Shown here: one piece after another, positions 30,878-40,669 of the stretch | Layout of the letters: the number at the start of each line of letters is the position of its first letter | Position numbering within the stretch: the stretch's first letter is position 1 | Source: an uncultured Gammaproteobacteria bacterium | GTDB taxonomy: Bacteria; Pseudomonadota; Gammaproteobacteria; UBA9214 | NCBI GenBank assembly: GCA_963827755.1 | Contig: CAWHCQ010000004.1 | Span: 110,109 to 174,108 of the forward strand | Length of the DNA: 64,000 nucleotides | Direction of reading: 5' to 3' | Program-made: the position numbers and the translations under genes | Notes under the pieces: model-generated | Database searches by the model: none | Seen by the model: only the letters and a program-made list of their open reading frames with translations | Told to the model about the DNA's origin: nothing

Positions 30878-31585
30878 ATGAACATCGTGATCACAGGCGG
30901 CACGGGCGGTATTGGCGGGGCCTTTGTCGAGGCCCTTGCCAGGCGAAAGCAGGTGAACAGGATCATCGCCACCGGGAGGCGCAAGCCGCCCGGCAACACC
31001 GACCCGAAAGTCACCTGGCACAGACTGGACCTCGGTGATGAAGACGCCGTTCGCGACTGGGCGCAACAGCTGGATGAAATTGACTGGCTGATCAACGCCG
31101 CGGGTATCCTGCACACGCCGACACACGGCCCCGAAAAGACCGTCCGCCAGGTTGATCCTGAATTCTTTCTCGAAAACATGCGCAGCAATACCGTGCCCAC
31201 CCTGTTGCTGGCCAAGTATCTGCACGGCAATTTCAGGCACGGGCGGCCGTCTGTTTTCGCAACCGTATCCGCGAAGGTCGGCAGTATCGAGGATAATCGC
31301 CTCGGCGGCTGGTACAGTTACCGCGCTTCCAAAGCGGCGCTGAACATGTGCCTGAAGACGCTTGCCATCGAGTGGGCGCGAACGCTGCCCAACGTTGCGG
31401 TGGCCGCCTTGCATCCAGGGACCACGGATACCGGCTTGTCGAAACCCTTTCAGCGCAATGTGCCGCCGCAGCAGCTGTTCTCCCCGGGGCAAAGCGTGGA
31501 CTACATGCTTGATGTTCTGGGCAGTCTCATACCGGCGCAATCGGGACGCTTCCTGGCCTTTGACGGGGAGCGGCTCCCGTGGTGA
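30878..31585 (+). CDS. SDR oxidoreductase, C-factor/CsgA-like
   Basis: TGGTGGIG, INAAG, SAKVGSIEDNRLGGWYSYRASKAALN, HPGTTDT. Confidence 0.9.
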   Translation: MNIVITGGTGGIGGAFVEALARRKQVNRIIATGRRKPPGNTDPKVTWHRLDLGDEDAVRDWAQQLDEIDWLINAAGILHTPTHGPEKTVRQVDPEFFLENMRSNTVPTLLLAKYLHGNFRHGRPSVFATVSAKVGSIEDNRLGGWYSYRASKAALNMCLKTLAIEWARTLPNVAVAALHPGTTDTGLSKPFQRNVPPQQLFSPGQSVDYMLDVLGSLIPAQSGRFLAFDGERLPW

Positions 31586-31764
31586 AAGACCCCGGATTCG
31601 ACTCGGGATATGAAGCCGGGGATATCGGGATTGTCGGCGTCGCGGCATGGGAACAGGCCGATCCGGCTGATGCACCGGCGGGGCAAAGCGCGCAAAGACG
31701 ATGATTCTTTTCAGGGCCTGCAGTGTGTGGTCCCTCATCCCTTACCCTGTTTTATTGCGCAGGT

Positions 31765-32418
31765 TCAGTGTCGAGTGACCGACCCGGGTGCATCGAGCTG
31801 GCTGTCCAGCAGGGCGGTAAAGGTAAACAGGCGCTCGGCGGGTTCAACCGTTTCCAGCAGTACTTGCTTGTCCTGTTCGCTGAGCGGTAGCGCCATGCTC
31901 AGGCTGTTCACCAGGCTGACAATCGACAGGCGCTCCAGCAAGGCCCAGTCGGTCTCCAGCCCTTTGGCCTCGCAATAGCGTTTCAGCGTGCGCATCAGGA
32001 GGTCCTGTTCATTGTGCAACTTGCCCTCGTGATCGGCGTAGTCGTCACTGAAGCGCGACCAGTCCGGGACAATCACTCGATAGCCGCGAGTGGTCGGCAG
32101 CTCCTCAACGAGATCGTAACGACACACGCCGCTGAGCACCATGTCGATGCAGCCGTCGCTGGTTTCGCGATACCGGGTGATCCGTCCGGCGCAACCGGTG
32201 TGGCAGAGACCGGTTGCGTCCCCGGCAACCGGGTCGGGCTGGATCATGCCGATCATGCGATGGGTGCCGAGGGCGTCGCTGACCATGTTGAGATAGCGTG
32301 GTTCGAAAATGTGCAAGGGCAGCTCGTTGCCCGGCATAACGATCGCGCCCGCCAGTGGAAAGACCGGCAGTGTCCCCGGCAACTGGTCAAAGGGTGCTAT
32401 GAACGGATTGAAACTCAC
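31765..32418 (-). CDS. LON peptidase substrate-binding domain protein
   Basis: LPVFPL...LPLHIFEPRYLNMV, GCAGRI, KQVLLE. GTG start at 32418 behind RBS GGGAGG. Confidence 0.88.
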   Translation of the reverse strand: MSFNPFIAPFDQLPGTLPVFPLAGAIVMPGNELPLHIFEPRYLNMVSDALGTHRMIGMIQPDPVAGDATGLCHTGCAGRITRYRETSDGCIDMVLSGVCRYDLVEELPTTRGYRVIVPDWSRFSDDYADHEGKLHNEQDLLMRTLKRYCEAKGLETDWALLERLSIVSLVNSLSMALPLSEQDKQVLLETVEPAERLFTFTALLDSQLDAPGSVTRH

Positions 32419-32589
32419 GAACCACCTCCCGGGCGTCTTGCCCTGTGTAGCCCATACTATCAGCTTCGGCCAGATCGATTGTCCTGCATGAAATGTACAG
32501 TCCCCCTGCAGGATCCACGAAAACTTTGACCACACCTTCAGGAAATCGTTCGCCTGACGGTTCCGGTTCAAGTCACCCCGGCCAGACAA

Positions 32590-32898
32590 GTCCTGCCGCC
32601 GGTAGAGGACCAGGGCATTGTCTGCCAGGCATTTCGCGCCACCTGCAGCACTGCTTGTCCCGACAAGCCGTGCGGCCAGGTCCAGCCATGCAATGACCAG
32701 GGGCAGTTCCTGTTCACGGTGTTGTTGCAGTGTTTGCTGCAGCAGCGGCTGCCAGTCGTGGCGTTGTGCGCTGCTGGTGTTGACGGTTTTCCAGGCGTAA
32801 TATTCGAGTTGCCAGTCCGCGTTGCGGTAAACCAGTTGGGTGCTGCTGCAGGCGGTGCCAGGCACCGTCACCAGTAAAACGGCGGCGATGCGTATCAT
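32590..32898 (-). pseudogene. Truncated lipoprotein (DUF6279-like N-terminus) running in frame into the LON-N gene
   Basis: Signal and TAC lipobox, SSTQLVYRNADW, HREQELP; protein-like character is lost after ~100 aa. Confidence 0.5.
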
Positions 32899-32935
32899 CG
32901 ACCGATTGTCAGCTTAAGTACAGGAAGAATTTTTC

Positions 32936-34060
32936 ATGAAATCCGGATACCGGGGGCTGAGCGAATTTGAGCACGGGCGCATGCCGCGGCTGGGGGTTGT
33001 GCTGGTCAACCTGGGTACGCCGCAAGCGCCCACGGCGGCTGCGTTGCGGCGCTACCTGGGCGAGTTTCTCTCCGATCCCCGCGTGGTCGAGATTCCGCAA
33101 CTGCTCTGGAAAATCATCCTGCACGGCATCATCCTGCGGGTGCGGCCGAAAAAATCCGCCCGCGCCTATGCCAGTGTCTGGACCGATGCAGGTTCACCGC
33201 TGCGTGCATTTTCCGAGGCGCTGACGCTGAAGGTGCGGGAAGAACTGGAACAGCTTCTGCCCGGCCCGGTCTCTGTTGTTCTTGCCATGCGCTATGGTGA
33301 GCCGGCAATTGACGAGGTGCTGGTGAAGCTGCAGGAGGAGGGTGTCGAACGTCTCCTGGTGCTGCCTTTGTACCCCCAGTATTCGGGCGCGACCACGGGC
33401 TCGGTTGCCGATGCGGTATTCAGCAGCCTCGGCCGCTGGCGCTGGGTGCCCGAGTTGCGCCTGATGGGTGCTTACCACGACGATCCCGGTTACATCCAGG
33501 CCATTGCCGATTCGATTCGCAGCCACCGGGAAACCCATGGCAGCAGTGATAAATTGCTCATCTCCTTTCATGGCATGCCCGAGGCCACGTTGAAAAAGGG
33601 TGATCCCTACCATTGCCACTGTCAAAAAACCGCGCGCCTGGTAGCCGAAGCACTCGGCCTTGAAAAAGCGCAATGGGAAATCGCCTTTCAGTCGCGCTTC
33701 GGGCGGGCTGCCTGGCTGCAACCCTACGTGGTGGAACGCCTCGAGGCATTACCCGCGGAAGGGGTCAGGCACCTGACGGTTGTTTGTCCGGGCTTTGCCA
33801 GTGATTGCCTGGAGACGCTGGAGGAAATCGACATGCAGGGTAGGGAAAGTTTCCTGCAGGCCGGCGGTGAACGCTTTGACTACGTGCCGGCCCTGAACGC
33901 TGAGGCCGCGCATGCGCGTCTGCAGGCTGCAAGGATACAGCAGCACGCCTCGGGCTGGCCTGAATCCAGTGTCGGTTTTGACCGGCAGCGGCTCGAGGAT
34001 GAACTGGCTGTCTCCAGGCGTCAGGCACTGGCCGCCGGGGCGAAAGGCCGGACGAGCTGA
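32936..34060 (+). CDS. hemH: Ferrochelatase
   Basis: NLGTP, LSDPRVVE, PLYPQYS, SFHGMP, FQSRFG, DCLETLEEI. Confidence 0.96.
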   Translation: MKSGYRGLSEFEHGRMPRLGVVLVNLGTPQAPTAAALRRYLGEFLSDPRVVEIPQLLWKIILHGIILRVRPKKSARAYASVWTDAGSPLRAFSEALTLKVREELEQLLPGPVSVVLAMRYGEPAIDEVLVKLQEEGVERLLVLPLYPQYSGATTGSVADAVFSSLGRWRWVPELRLMGAYHDDPGYIQAIADSIRSHRETHGSSDKLLISFHGMPEATLKKGDPYHCHCQKTARLVAEALGLEKAQWEIAFQSRFGRAAWLQPYVVERLEALPAEGVRHLTVVCPGFASDCLETLEEIDMQGRESFLQAGGERFDYVPALNAEAAHARLQAARIQQHASGWPESSVGFDRQRLEDELAVSRRQALAAGAKGRTS

Positions 34061-34207
34061 TCCATGGGACAGCCCGAATAGCCATGGCCCGTGGACAGAC
34101 ACCGCTGCCTGTGAGGATGTGCAGCATGAATACAGTCGCTGTTTGCGCCCGCTCGCAGACACAGGGGCATGTGGGGTGATCAGCGAGCGCAATGCGATGA
34201 GGAAACC

Positions 34208-35482
34208 ATGAACGCAAACATGCAAAACCTCGAGGATGACAGGGTGCTCGAAAACCAGGGGCTGGCGGCACTGACATTCACGCTGCAGTGGTCGGACGGC
34301 CGGGCCGTGCATGAAGATGAAATGTATGTCGATAATTTCAGTGTCTGGCGCGAGGCGGATTTTCTGCCCGCGACCATTGGTGCGAAGCTTTCCGGGATGC
34401 GCCCCGGTGATTCTGCGCAGGCTGAATTGCCTGCCGGAGAGGCGACGGGCGCCTGGAATGCCGGCCGACAGGTTTGCGGCAGTCCTGCCGGCTTCGACCG
34501 TGAATATCGCCGCGGTCTCGAGGTGCTGCCGCGTTACGGGCGTTTTTATCCCGAGGGGTTTTTTCACGGCTTTCCGGGGATCGTACGCGAGGCCGTCGGG
34601 CCGGCGCGCATTACAGCGCTGGATGACACGACGATGTGTGTGGACCTGAATCACCCGCTCGCCCGTTTTCCATTGCAGGTGTCCTGCCGGCTGGTGCGCG
34701 TGTTGCCCGGTTCCGACAGGCGGGGCGGGCGCTGTACCAGTCCGCTTGACGACCTGGTCCGCTTTCCGGGCCTCGCCGCACCGGTCCATGACGGCCTGGA
34801 TACCGACTTCGGCGACAATGAGCACGGTCTGGCGCGCCTGGATGAACGGGCAGATGATGCCTTCTATGCAAATCCCCGCATGGTGCAGCACCTGGATACG
34901 CGTGCACTGGCAGCGGTCAATGCGCTCTACAGGCGCCTGATCCCGGCAGAGGCTGACGCCCTTGATCTGATGGCAAGCCACGATTCACATCTGCAAGGCT
35001 GTTCGCTGCAGAGTCTGCAGGTGCTCGGTATGAACGCCGCTGAACTCCAGGCCAATGCGCCGGCGACTGCACGGGTGGTGCAGGACCTGAACCAGGAGCC
35101 GACGCTGCCTTTTGCAGAGGCGAGCCTGGATGCAGTCATCTGCACGGCATCCGTGGAATACCTTGTCGAGCCGCAAAAAGTCTTTGCCGGGGTCCTGCGC
35201 ATCCTGCGCCCCGGTGGCATTTTCGTGCTGACTTTCAGCAACCGCTGGTTCCCGACCAAGGCCATTCGAGTGTGGAGCGAACTGCACGAGTTCGAACGGC
35301 TCGGCATGGTTACGCAGTGGTTGCAGCTTGCAGGGTTTGAAGGCCTGCACAGCCATTCGTCCCGGGGCTGGGCGCGCCCGAATGATGACCCGCATCGCGG
35401 CGAGACCGCGGTGTCGGACCCGGTCTATGCCGCCTGGGGTTTCAGGCCCGGCATGCGCGTGCCGGGCGCTCATGGCCCCTGA
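34208..35482 (+). CDS. Class I SAM methyltransferase with N-terminal FKBP/SlyD-like region
   Basis: VDLNHPLA (SlyD-like); FYANPRMVQHLD, LDLMAS, FSNRWFPTKAI. Confidence 0.8.
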   Translation: MNANMQNLEDDRVLENQGLAALTFTLQWSDGRAVHEDEMYVDNFSVWREADFLPATIGAKLSGMRPGDSAQAELPAGEATGAWNAGRQVCGSPAGFDREYRRGLEVLPRYGRFYPEGFFHGFPGIVREAVGPARITALDDTTMCVDLNHPLARFPLQVSCRLVRVLPGSDRRGGRCTSPLDDLVRFPGLAAPVHDGLDTDFGDNEHGLARLDERADDAFYANPRMVQHLDTRALAAVNALYRRLIPAEADALDLMASHDSHLQGCSLQSLQVLGMNAAELQANAPATARVVQDLNQEPTLPFAEASLDAVICTASVEYLVEPQKVFAGVLRILRPGGIFVLTFSNRWFPTKAIRVWSELHEFERLGMVTQWLQLAGFEGLHSHSSRGWARPNDDPHRGETAVSDPVYAAWGFRPGMRVPGAHGP

Positions 35483-37548
35483 ATATCCAGTTGCCTTGCC
35501 ATGGGGGAGTCCCGCACCGGTAAATGCTGCTTGAGGATGTTGGTCATTCCCGGCTTGTTGAAGGCAAGCACGCCATAGCCGCCGTAATGCGGCAGTTTTG
35601 CCGCCAGTAAAGCGATCACCTCTGCAGTATCTGCACCGATAAAGCCCAGGGGTGTGCGGCTGTTGTCCGGATCAAGCAGCACCACGGCATGTTCACCTGC
35701 AGTGAACTTTTCGCTGCCGATCAGTGCTGTACGGCCGGAGATATGTTGCGTTGTTGAAGAGAAACGCGTGCCATTTTCGTCAAGCAAGCTGTTTTGCCAG
35801 CCCAGCAACCAGGCAGCCGTGTCATCGGGCAAGGTTTGCAATGCGTTGTCGTCAACAAGCTCCACGTTTTTATAACGTCCGGACCAGGCAGTCGCCAGCT
35901 GCCGCCATGCGCGGACCTGTTCTTCCGGTGCATTCGCCGGCAATACCAGCAATTGCTTTTTAGCACCAAACAAGCGGCCCAGTGATGCAGGTCGTTCACC
36001 CGGGTGCAGCAGGCGAAATACATCATAGTCAGGATCGAGAACAATCGACCGCGGGCGCTGCCTGTATTTCAGGCTGATGAGCGCGTGTTTTCCTGAAAGC
36101 GTTACCAGCTCGCGCACAGCCTTGTCGCTGTTTTCCAGCTCCACCTCGAGCGGCAGTTGCAGCGTGTAGCCGGGGCCTGGCTGGGTTTGTTCGATATTCA
36201 CGGATAAAAGATAGCCATCCGCCAGCTTGCCGAGCGCGACATCCGTCAGGGCTATTTCAGGTGCGCCGGTTCGATAGAGCCATTGTTCGACAAAGGTGTC
36301 GAGCCCGCCATGATTGCCCGCATGCAACTGCCGGAGAACGTCGACAAAGTTCGCGGGCCTGAAGCGGAAATCTTGCCACAATTTCCTGACATTCAGGTTG
36401 AATTGTTCGTCACCCGTCTGCCTTCTCAACATATGGAACAGCATCATTGACTTGCTGTAACCGACTGCCTGGCTGGCTTCATCATGCCGTGATTTGAAGT
36501 CGGCAAGCGCAAAATCACGCTCACTTGCTGCAAAATTGGCGTAGCGCTCCAGCGCCTTGCGCCGATATTCACCGCCCTTGCCCTGTTGCTCGCTGCCCAG
36601 GTGATCCGACATGTAGGCGGTGAGACCCTCGCTCCAGTTACCCTTCGAGAAATCGATATAAACGCCATTGCCCCACCAGTTATGAAGGATTTCATGTGGC
36701 AGCGAGGTGGTGAGAATGAACGGCAGGCGCATCACCCGGGAGCCAAGCAGGGTAAACGAGGGCATGCCATAACCGGTCTGCCAGCGGTTTTCGACAACCG
36801 CGAACCTGGCATACGGGTAAGGACCGATCCACTTGCTGTACATGCCCAGGTATTCCGCACTTGCCTGCAGGTAAGCCTGTGCCAGTTCCGCATCGGCATC
36901 GTACAGGTAAACGTCGAGTTCGATTCCGTCGTGGTTCGTCGAGTAGCGGGTGAAGGCAGCGCCAAGCAGGTAGATATCTTCCTGTGGCCGGGGCATGCTG
37001 AAGGTGAAACGGCCAGCATGGCCCCGGCGCTTGCCCTGGCTGACTATTTCCCAGTTTTCCGGGGCATCGACCTGCAGCCTGAAGGTGTAGCGGGGATAAT
37101 TTTCAAACCGGGGGATCCAGTGACTGGCACCATCGAGGTAGACACCGTCCGGGCCGAAAACCGATTCGGGCATGGCGAAAGGTCCCCCCGTAGCGGCAGA
37201 TTTGATACTGCCTTCGTAGCCGAGCCGGACCGATCCATCTGCCGGCAGTTTTTCAAGCCGGTAGTGGTGCAAACGGGATGCCGGGTTTTCCTCAAGCAAT
37301 GTGAGTTCAACCCCGTCTGCTTTTACCGCCAGGGTGCTTCGCAGTGAAAAGACGACACTTTCGGTACCGGCGGGGAATTTTATATAATCGATTACCTCGA
37401 TGCGGGATTGTTCCGCCAGCAGCTTTACATGCAATTCATGGTGGATGGTTTCTGACGCGAGCGCGTGCGAAACTGTCAGCATGATAAACAGGGGAATCCA
37501 GGGAATCCCGCCATGAGCCAGTCCGGACCTGCTTGCTTGAAACTTCAT
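35470..37548 (-). CDS. Secreted M1-family aminopeptidase
   Basis: Signal peptide, GYGMP, HEILHNWWGN...WSEGL (HExxH-x18-E). Confidence 0.88.
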   Translation of the reverse strand: MKFQASRSGLAHGGIPWIPLFIMLTVSHALASETIHHELHVKLLAEQSRIEVIDYIKFPAGTESVVFSLRSTLAVKADGVELTLLEENPASRLHHYRLEKLPADGSVRLGYEGSIKSAATGGPFAMPESVFGPDGVYLDGASHWIPRFENYPRYTFRLQVDAPENWEIVSQGKRRGHAGRFTFSMPRPQEDIYLLGAAFTRYSTNHDGIELDVYLYDADAELAQAYLQASAEYLGMYSKWIGPYPYARFAVVENRWQTGYGMPSFTLLGSRVMRLPFILTTSLPHEILHNWWGNGVYIDFSKGNWSEGLTAYMSDHLGSEQQGKGGEYRRKALERYANFAASERDFALADFKSRHDEASQAVGYSKSMMLFHMLRRQTGDEQFNLNVRKLWQDFRFRPANFVDVLRQLHAGNHGGLDTFVEQWLYRTGAPEIALTDVALGKLADGYLLSVNIEQTQPGPGYTLQLPLEVELENSDKAVRELVTLSGKHALISLKYRQRPRSIVLDPDYDVFRLLHPGERPASLGRLFGAKKQLLVLPANAPEEQVRAWRQLATAWSGRYKNVELVDDNALQTLPDDTAAWLLGWQNSLLDENGTRFSSTTQHISGRTALIGSEKFTAGEHAVVLLDPDNSRTPLGFIGADTAEVIALLAAKLPHYGGYGVLAFNKPGMTNILKQHLPVRDSPMARQLDIQGP

Positions 37549-38727
37549 CGTTATCTCAAACCTTGTTCCCTGGCAGCCTGCAGCGGAAACCTGCTGCTGT
37601 TCGTGGTTGCAGTGATTGCAATTTCAGGCGCTGGTATATTGTCTGCCGATACACCCATGCAGCATGGCTCTCCTGCCGCTGTAGCCGATTTGCCCGTGAT
37701 CAGGCTGGATCAAACCAGGTCACTGGCGCAGACGCTGGAGCAAATTGACGATGCGCGGGTGGTGCTGGTCGGCGAAACGCACACGCGCTACGACCACCAC
37801 CTGGTCCAGCTGGAAATATTGAAGCATTTATACCAGAAATCCGCAAAACTCGCGCTGGGTGTCGAGTGGTTTCAACAACCTTTCCAGCAGCACCTGGATG
37901 ATTACATTGCCGGCAAAATCTCCGAGAAGGACATGCTCCAGCGTACTGAATATTTCACTCGCTGGGCTTACGATTACCGCCTTTACCGGCCAATAATCCA
38001 GTATGCCCGCGAGCATGCCATTCCGGTGATTGCGCTCAATGCCTCACGGGAATTGATCGCGGCCCTGGGTGAGAAGGGATTCGATGACTTGCCGGACGAA
38101 TTGCAGGCACAGTTACCAGCGAGCTATGACTGGTCTGACAGGAACTACGAGCGCCGCCTGCGCGAGATGTTCGACATGCATTCGGAATATGCAGGTGAAT
38201 TCGAGGACTTCCTGCGCAGCCAGCTCACCTGGGATGAAAGCATGGCCGGGCGGGCCGCACACTACCTGCAGCAGCACAAGGATGCACGCATGCTGGTTCT
38301 TGCCGGTAGCGGACATATTATGTACGGTTCCGGGATTCCTGATCGCATCAGGCGCCGCGTCCCGGTCAAGCAGTTCTCCATACTGGTGTCGGGAGACCAT
38401 CACCCTGTCTCTGAAGGCATCGCGGATTTTCTGGTGTTGTCGGCAGAGCAGTCACTGGAGCCTGCCGGCCTTGTGGGCGCGTACCTGGAAGACGAGGGCC
38501 GGCTGCTTGTCATCAGGGGTTTTTCGAATAACAGCGCCATTAAAGACGCCGGCCTGGAAAAGGGGGCCGTCATTATCGGCGTCAATGATGAACCGGTAGA
38601 GAGTTTCGCTGACTTCAAGCTGGCGATGCTTGACAAGAAGCCGGACGACAGCATCGTGCTTCACTATCTTGACAGTGCAGACCGGGGCAGCAAAGAAAGG
38701 AAATCAGTTAATATCGAGCTCAGATGA
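37513..38727 (+). CDS. ChaN-family (heme/cofactor-binding) protein with C-terminal PDZ
   Basis: VLVGETH..YDHH..QL, GVEWF, YRPI, QLTWDESMA, LAGSGH, GIPDR; PDZ-like tail. Start uncertain. Confidence 0.8.
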   Translation: MSQSGPACLKLHRYLKPCSLAACSGNLLLFVVAVIAISGAGILSADTPMQHGSPAAVADLPVIRLDQTRSLAQTLEQIDDARVVLVGETHTRYDHHLVQLEILKHLYQKSAKLALGVEWFQQPFQQHLDDYIAGKISEKDMLQRTEYFTRWAYDYRLYRPIIQYAREHAIPVIALNASRELIAALGEKGFDDLPDELQAQLPASYDWSDRNYERRLREMFDMHSEYAGEFEDFLRSQLTWDESMAGRAAHYLQQHKDARMLVLAGSGHIMYGSGIPDRIRRRVPVKQFSILVSGDHHPVSEGIADFLVLSAEQSLEPAGLVGAYLEDEGRLLVIRGFSNNSAIKDAGLEKGAVIIGVNDEPVESFADFKLAMLDKKPDDSIVLHYLDSADRGSKERKSVNIELR

Positions 38728-38783
38728 AATACCGGTATCTAAAGCACAGTCACCGGGTCCGTCGCGTTGCTCCTTGATCCGGC

Positions 38784-39968
38784 CTACACGGCTGAACCTC
38801 GATTGCGCGGGCCAAGTCGCAATATCAGATAACCCAGGATCCCGGATGCAAGCGACCCCGCCAGGATGCCGACCCGGTCATCCACGGCAATATTCGACCC
38901 TCCCTGCTCGAAAGCGAGGGAACCGACGAATAAACTCATCGTAAAACCGATTCCGCAGAGTGATGCCACCCCATACAGCTGGAGCCAGCCCGCGTCCTGC
39001 GGGATTTTTGCAATACCGAGCCTTATTGCCAGCCAGCTGAGGCCGAACACGCCAAGCTGGTTACCAAAAAACAGGCCCGCCGCGATTCCGAGCGGAACAG
39101 GATGCAGCAGGTATTCAAGACTCATCGCCTCAACAGGGATACCGGCATTAGCAAATGCAAACAGCGGCAATATGCCAAACACAACGCTTGGGTGAAGGTC
39201 GTGCTCCAGCCTTTCCAGTTGTGTTTGCGATTCTCCCGGCGCTTTTTTGAAGGGTATAAAAAACGCTGTCAACACGCCTGCCAGTGTCGCGTGCACGCCC
39301 GATTTAAGAACAGACACCCACAGCACCAGTCCAACAAGAATATAGGGCGTCAGCCCCAGTACGTTCCTGCGGTTCAGGATAATCAATACCATGACTGCAA
39401 ATGCGGCGATCGATAAAGAGGCGATGGACAGGTCGGCAGTATAGAAAATTGCAATGATGATAATCGCCCCCAGGTCGTCAATGATCGCCAGTGTCATCAG
39501 GAACAATTTCAACGACTGCGGAATGCGGCTGCCAAGCAGCGCCAGAACACCCAGGGCAAAGGCTATATCCGTGGCCGATGGAATCGCCCAGCCCTTCAGT
39601 GCGACGGGATCTCCCCAGTTGATGTAGGAATAAATCGCCGCAGGAACAGCCATGCCGCCGATGGCTGCGATGATCGGCAGGATTACACGGGAAGGATCGG
39701 ATAATTCACCTGCCAGGAACTCACGTTTGACTTCAAGGCCAATCACGAAAAAGAAGATGGCCATCAGCCCGTCGTTGATCCAGAGCAGCAGGGGTTTGGC
39801 AATTTCAAGTGTGCCAATTCTTACTTCAACCGGCGTTCCGAGCAAGGCGTCATAAAGACCTTTTGCAGCAGAGTTTTCAGCCACCATGGCAAGGATCGCG
39901 GCGATAAGCAGCAGCATCCCGCTTGCGGACTCAAGGCGTATGAATTCCTTGAGGGATTTCACAATCAT
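38784..39968 (-). CDS. nhaA: Na+/H+ antiporter NhaA
   Basis: [42 protein letters not shown]. Confidence 0.96.
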   Translation of the reverse strand: MIVKSLKEFIRLESASGMLLLIAAILAMVAENSAAKGLYDALLGTPVEVRIGTLEIAKPLLLWINDGLMAIFFFVIGLEVKREFLAGELSDPSRVILPIIAAIGGMAVPAAIYSYINWGDPVALKGWAIPSATDIAFALGVLALLGSRIPQSLKLFLMTLAIIDDLGAIIIIAIFYTADLSIASLSIAAFAVMVLIILNRRNVLGLTPYILVGLVLWVSVLKSGVHATLAGVLTAFFIPFKKAPGESQTQLERLEHDLHPSVVFGILPLFAFANAGIPVEAMSLEYLLHPVPLGIAAGLFFGNQLGVFGLSWLAIRLGIAKIPQDAGWLQLYGVASLCGIGFTMSLFVGSLAFEQGGSNIAVDDRVGILAGSLASGILGYLILRLGPRNRGSAV

Positions 39969-40101
39969 TGTTACGAAACCGTGTAATGTCGATGACAGCA
40001 GAATATAACAAGGAATTGCTTTCGGTGCTGCATGCAATCGACCCGGAATGCGCGCCCGGACAGCCATGGACAGGAGGTTCGTATAAAAGGACAACCGAGG
40101 G

Positions 40102-40439
40102 ATGAATTTCACCGATGAATCATCCGGCGACAAGGCGTTTCTGACGCGGGTACTTGAAGTCAGCATACGCATTGGCGTCGTCCTTCTCCTGGCAGCCCTG
40201 TGCTTCCAGATCGTACGACCCTTCCTGATCCCGGTGCTCTGGGGCATTATCATCGCGGACGCGGTGTCAGGGTTCCCATGCTCGTCATCTTCGCCGGCTC
40301 GATCGGCGGCTTCCTCAGCATGGGAATTATCGGGCTGTTTACGGGGGCGGTTGTGCTGGCGCTCGGTTACAAGTTGTTTCTCGCCTGGCTGCAGGGGAGT
40401 GCCAAGCCGGCGCAGCCGCAGGAAGAAGCGGAAAGCTGA
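40102..40439 (+). pseudogene. AI-2E family transporter with a large internal deletion
   Basis: N-terminus (...[16 protein letters not shown]) joins out of frame at ~40257 to the family C-terminus ([18 protein letters not shown]...GIIGLFTG). Confidence 0.8.
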
Positions 40440-40669
40440 CTGGTACTCGAAGCGTTGCGGGGGTATATTAAAGTATAGATGTCGACCAACTTCGATTTTT
40501 CACGACGCACCCCGGCGTTGGAAAAAGCACTGCCCGCGTCTTGAATTATCATGAATGTCTGCTTAACTTAGCAGTGTGTGCTATCACACAGATCCGCCAT
40601 GCGGGCGTTGCTCCAACGTACTGGCTTGGCCAATATCTTCAATGATAACAATGGGTAAGGATAACCGCC

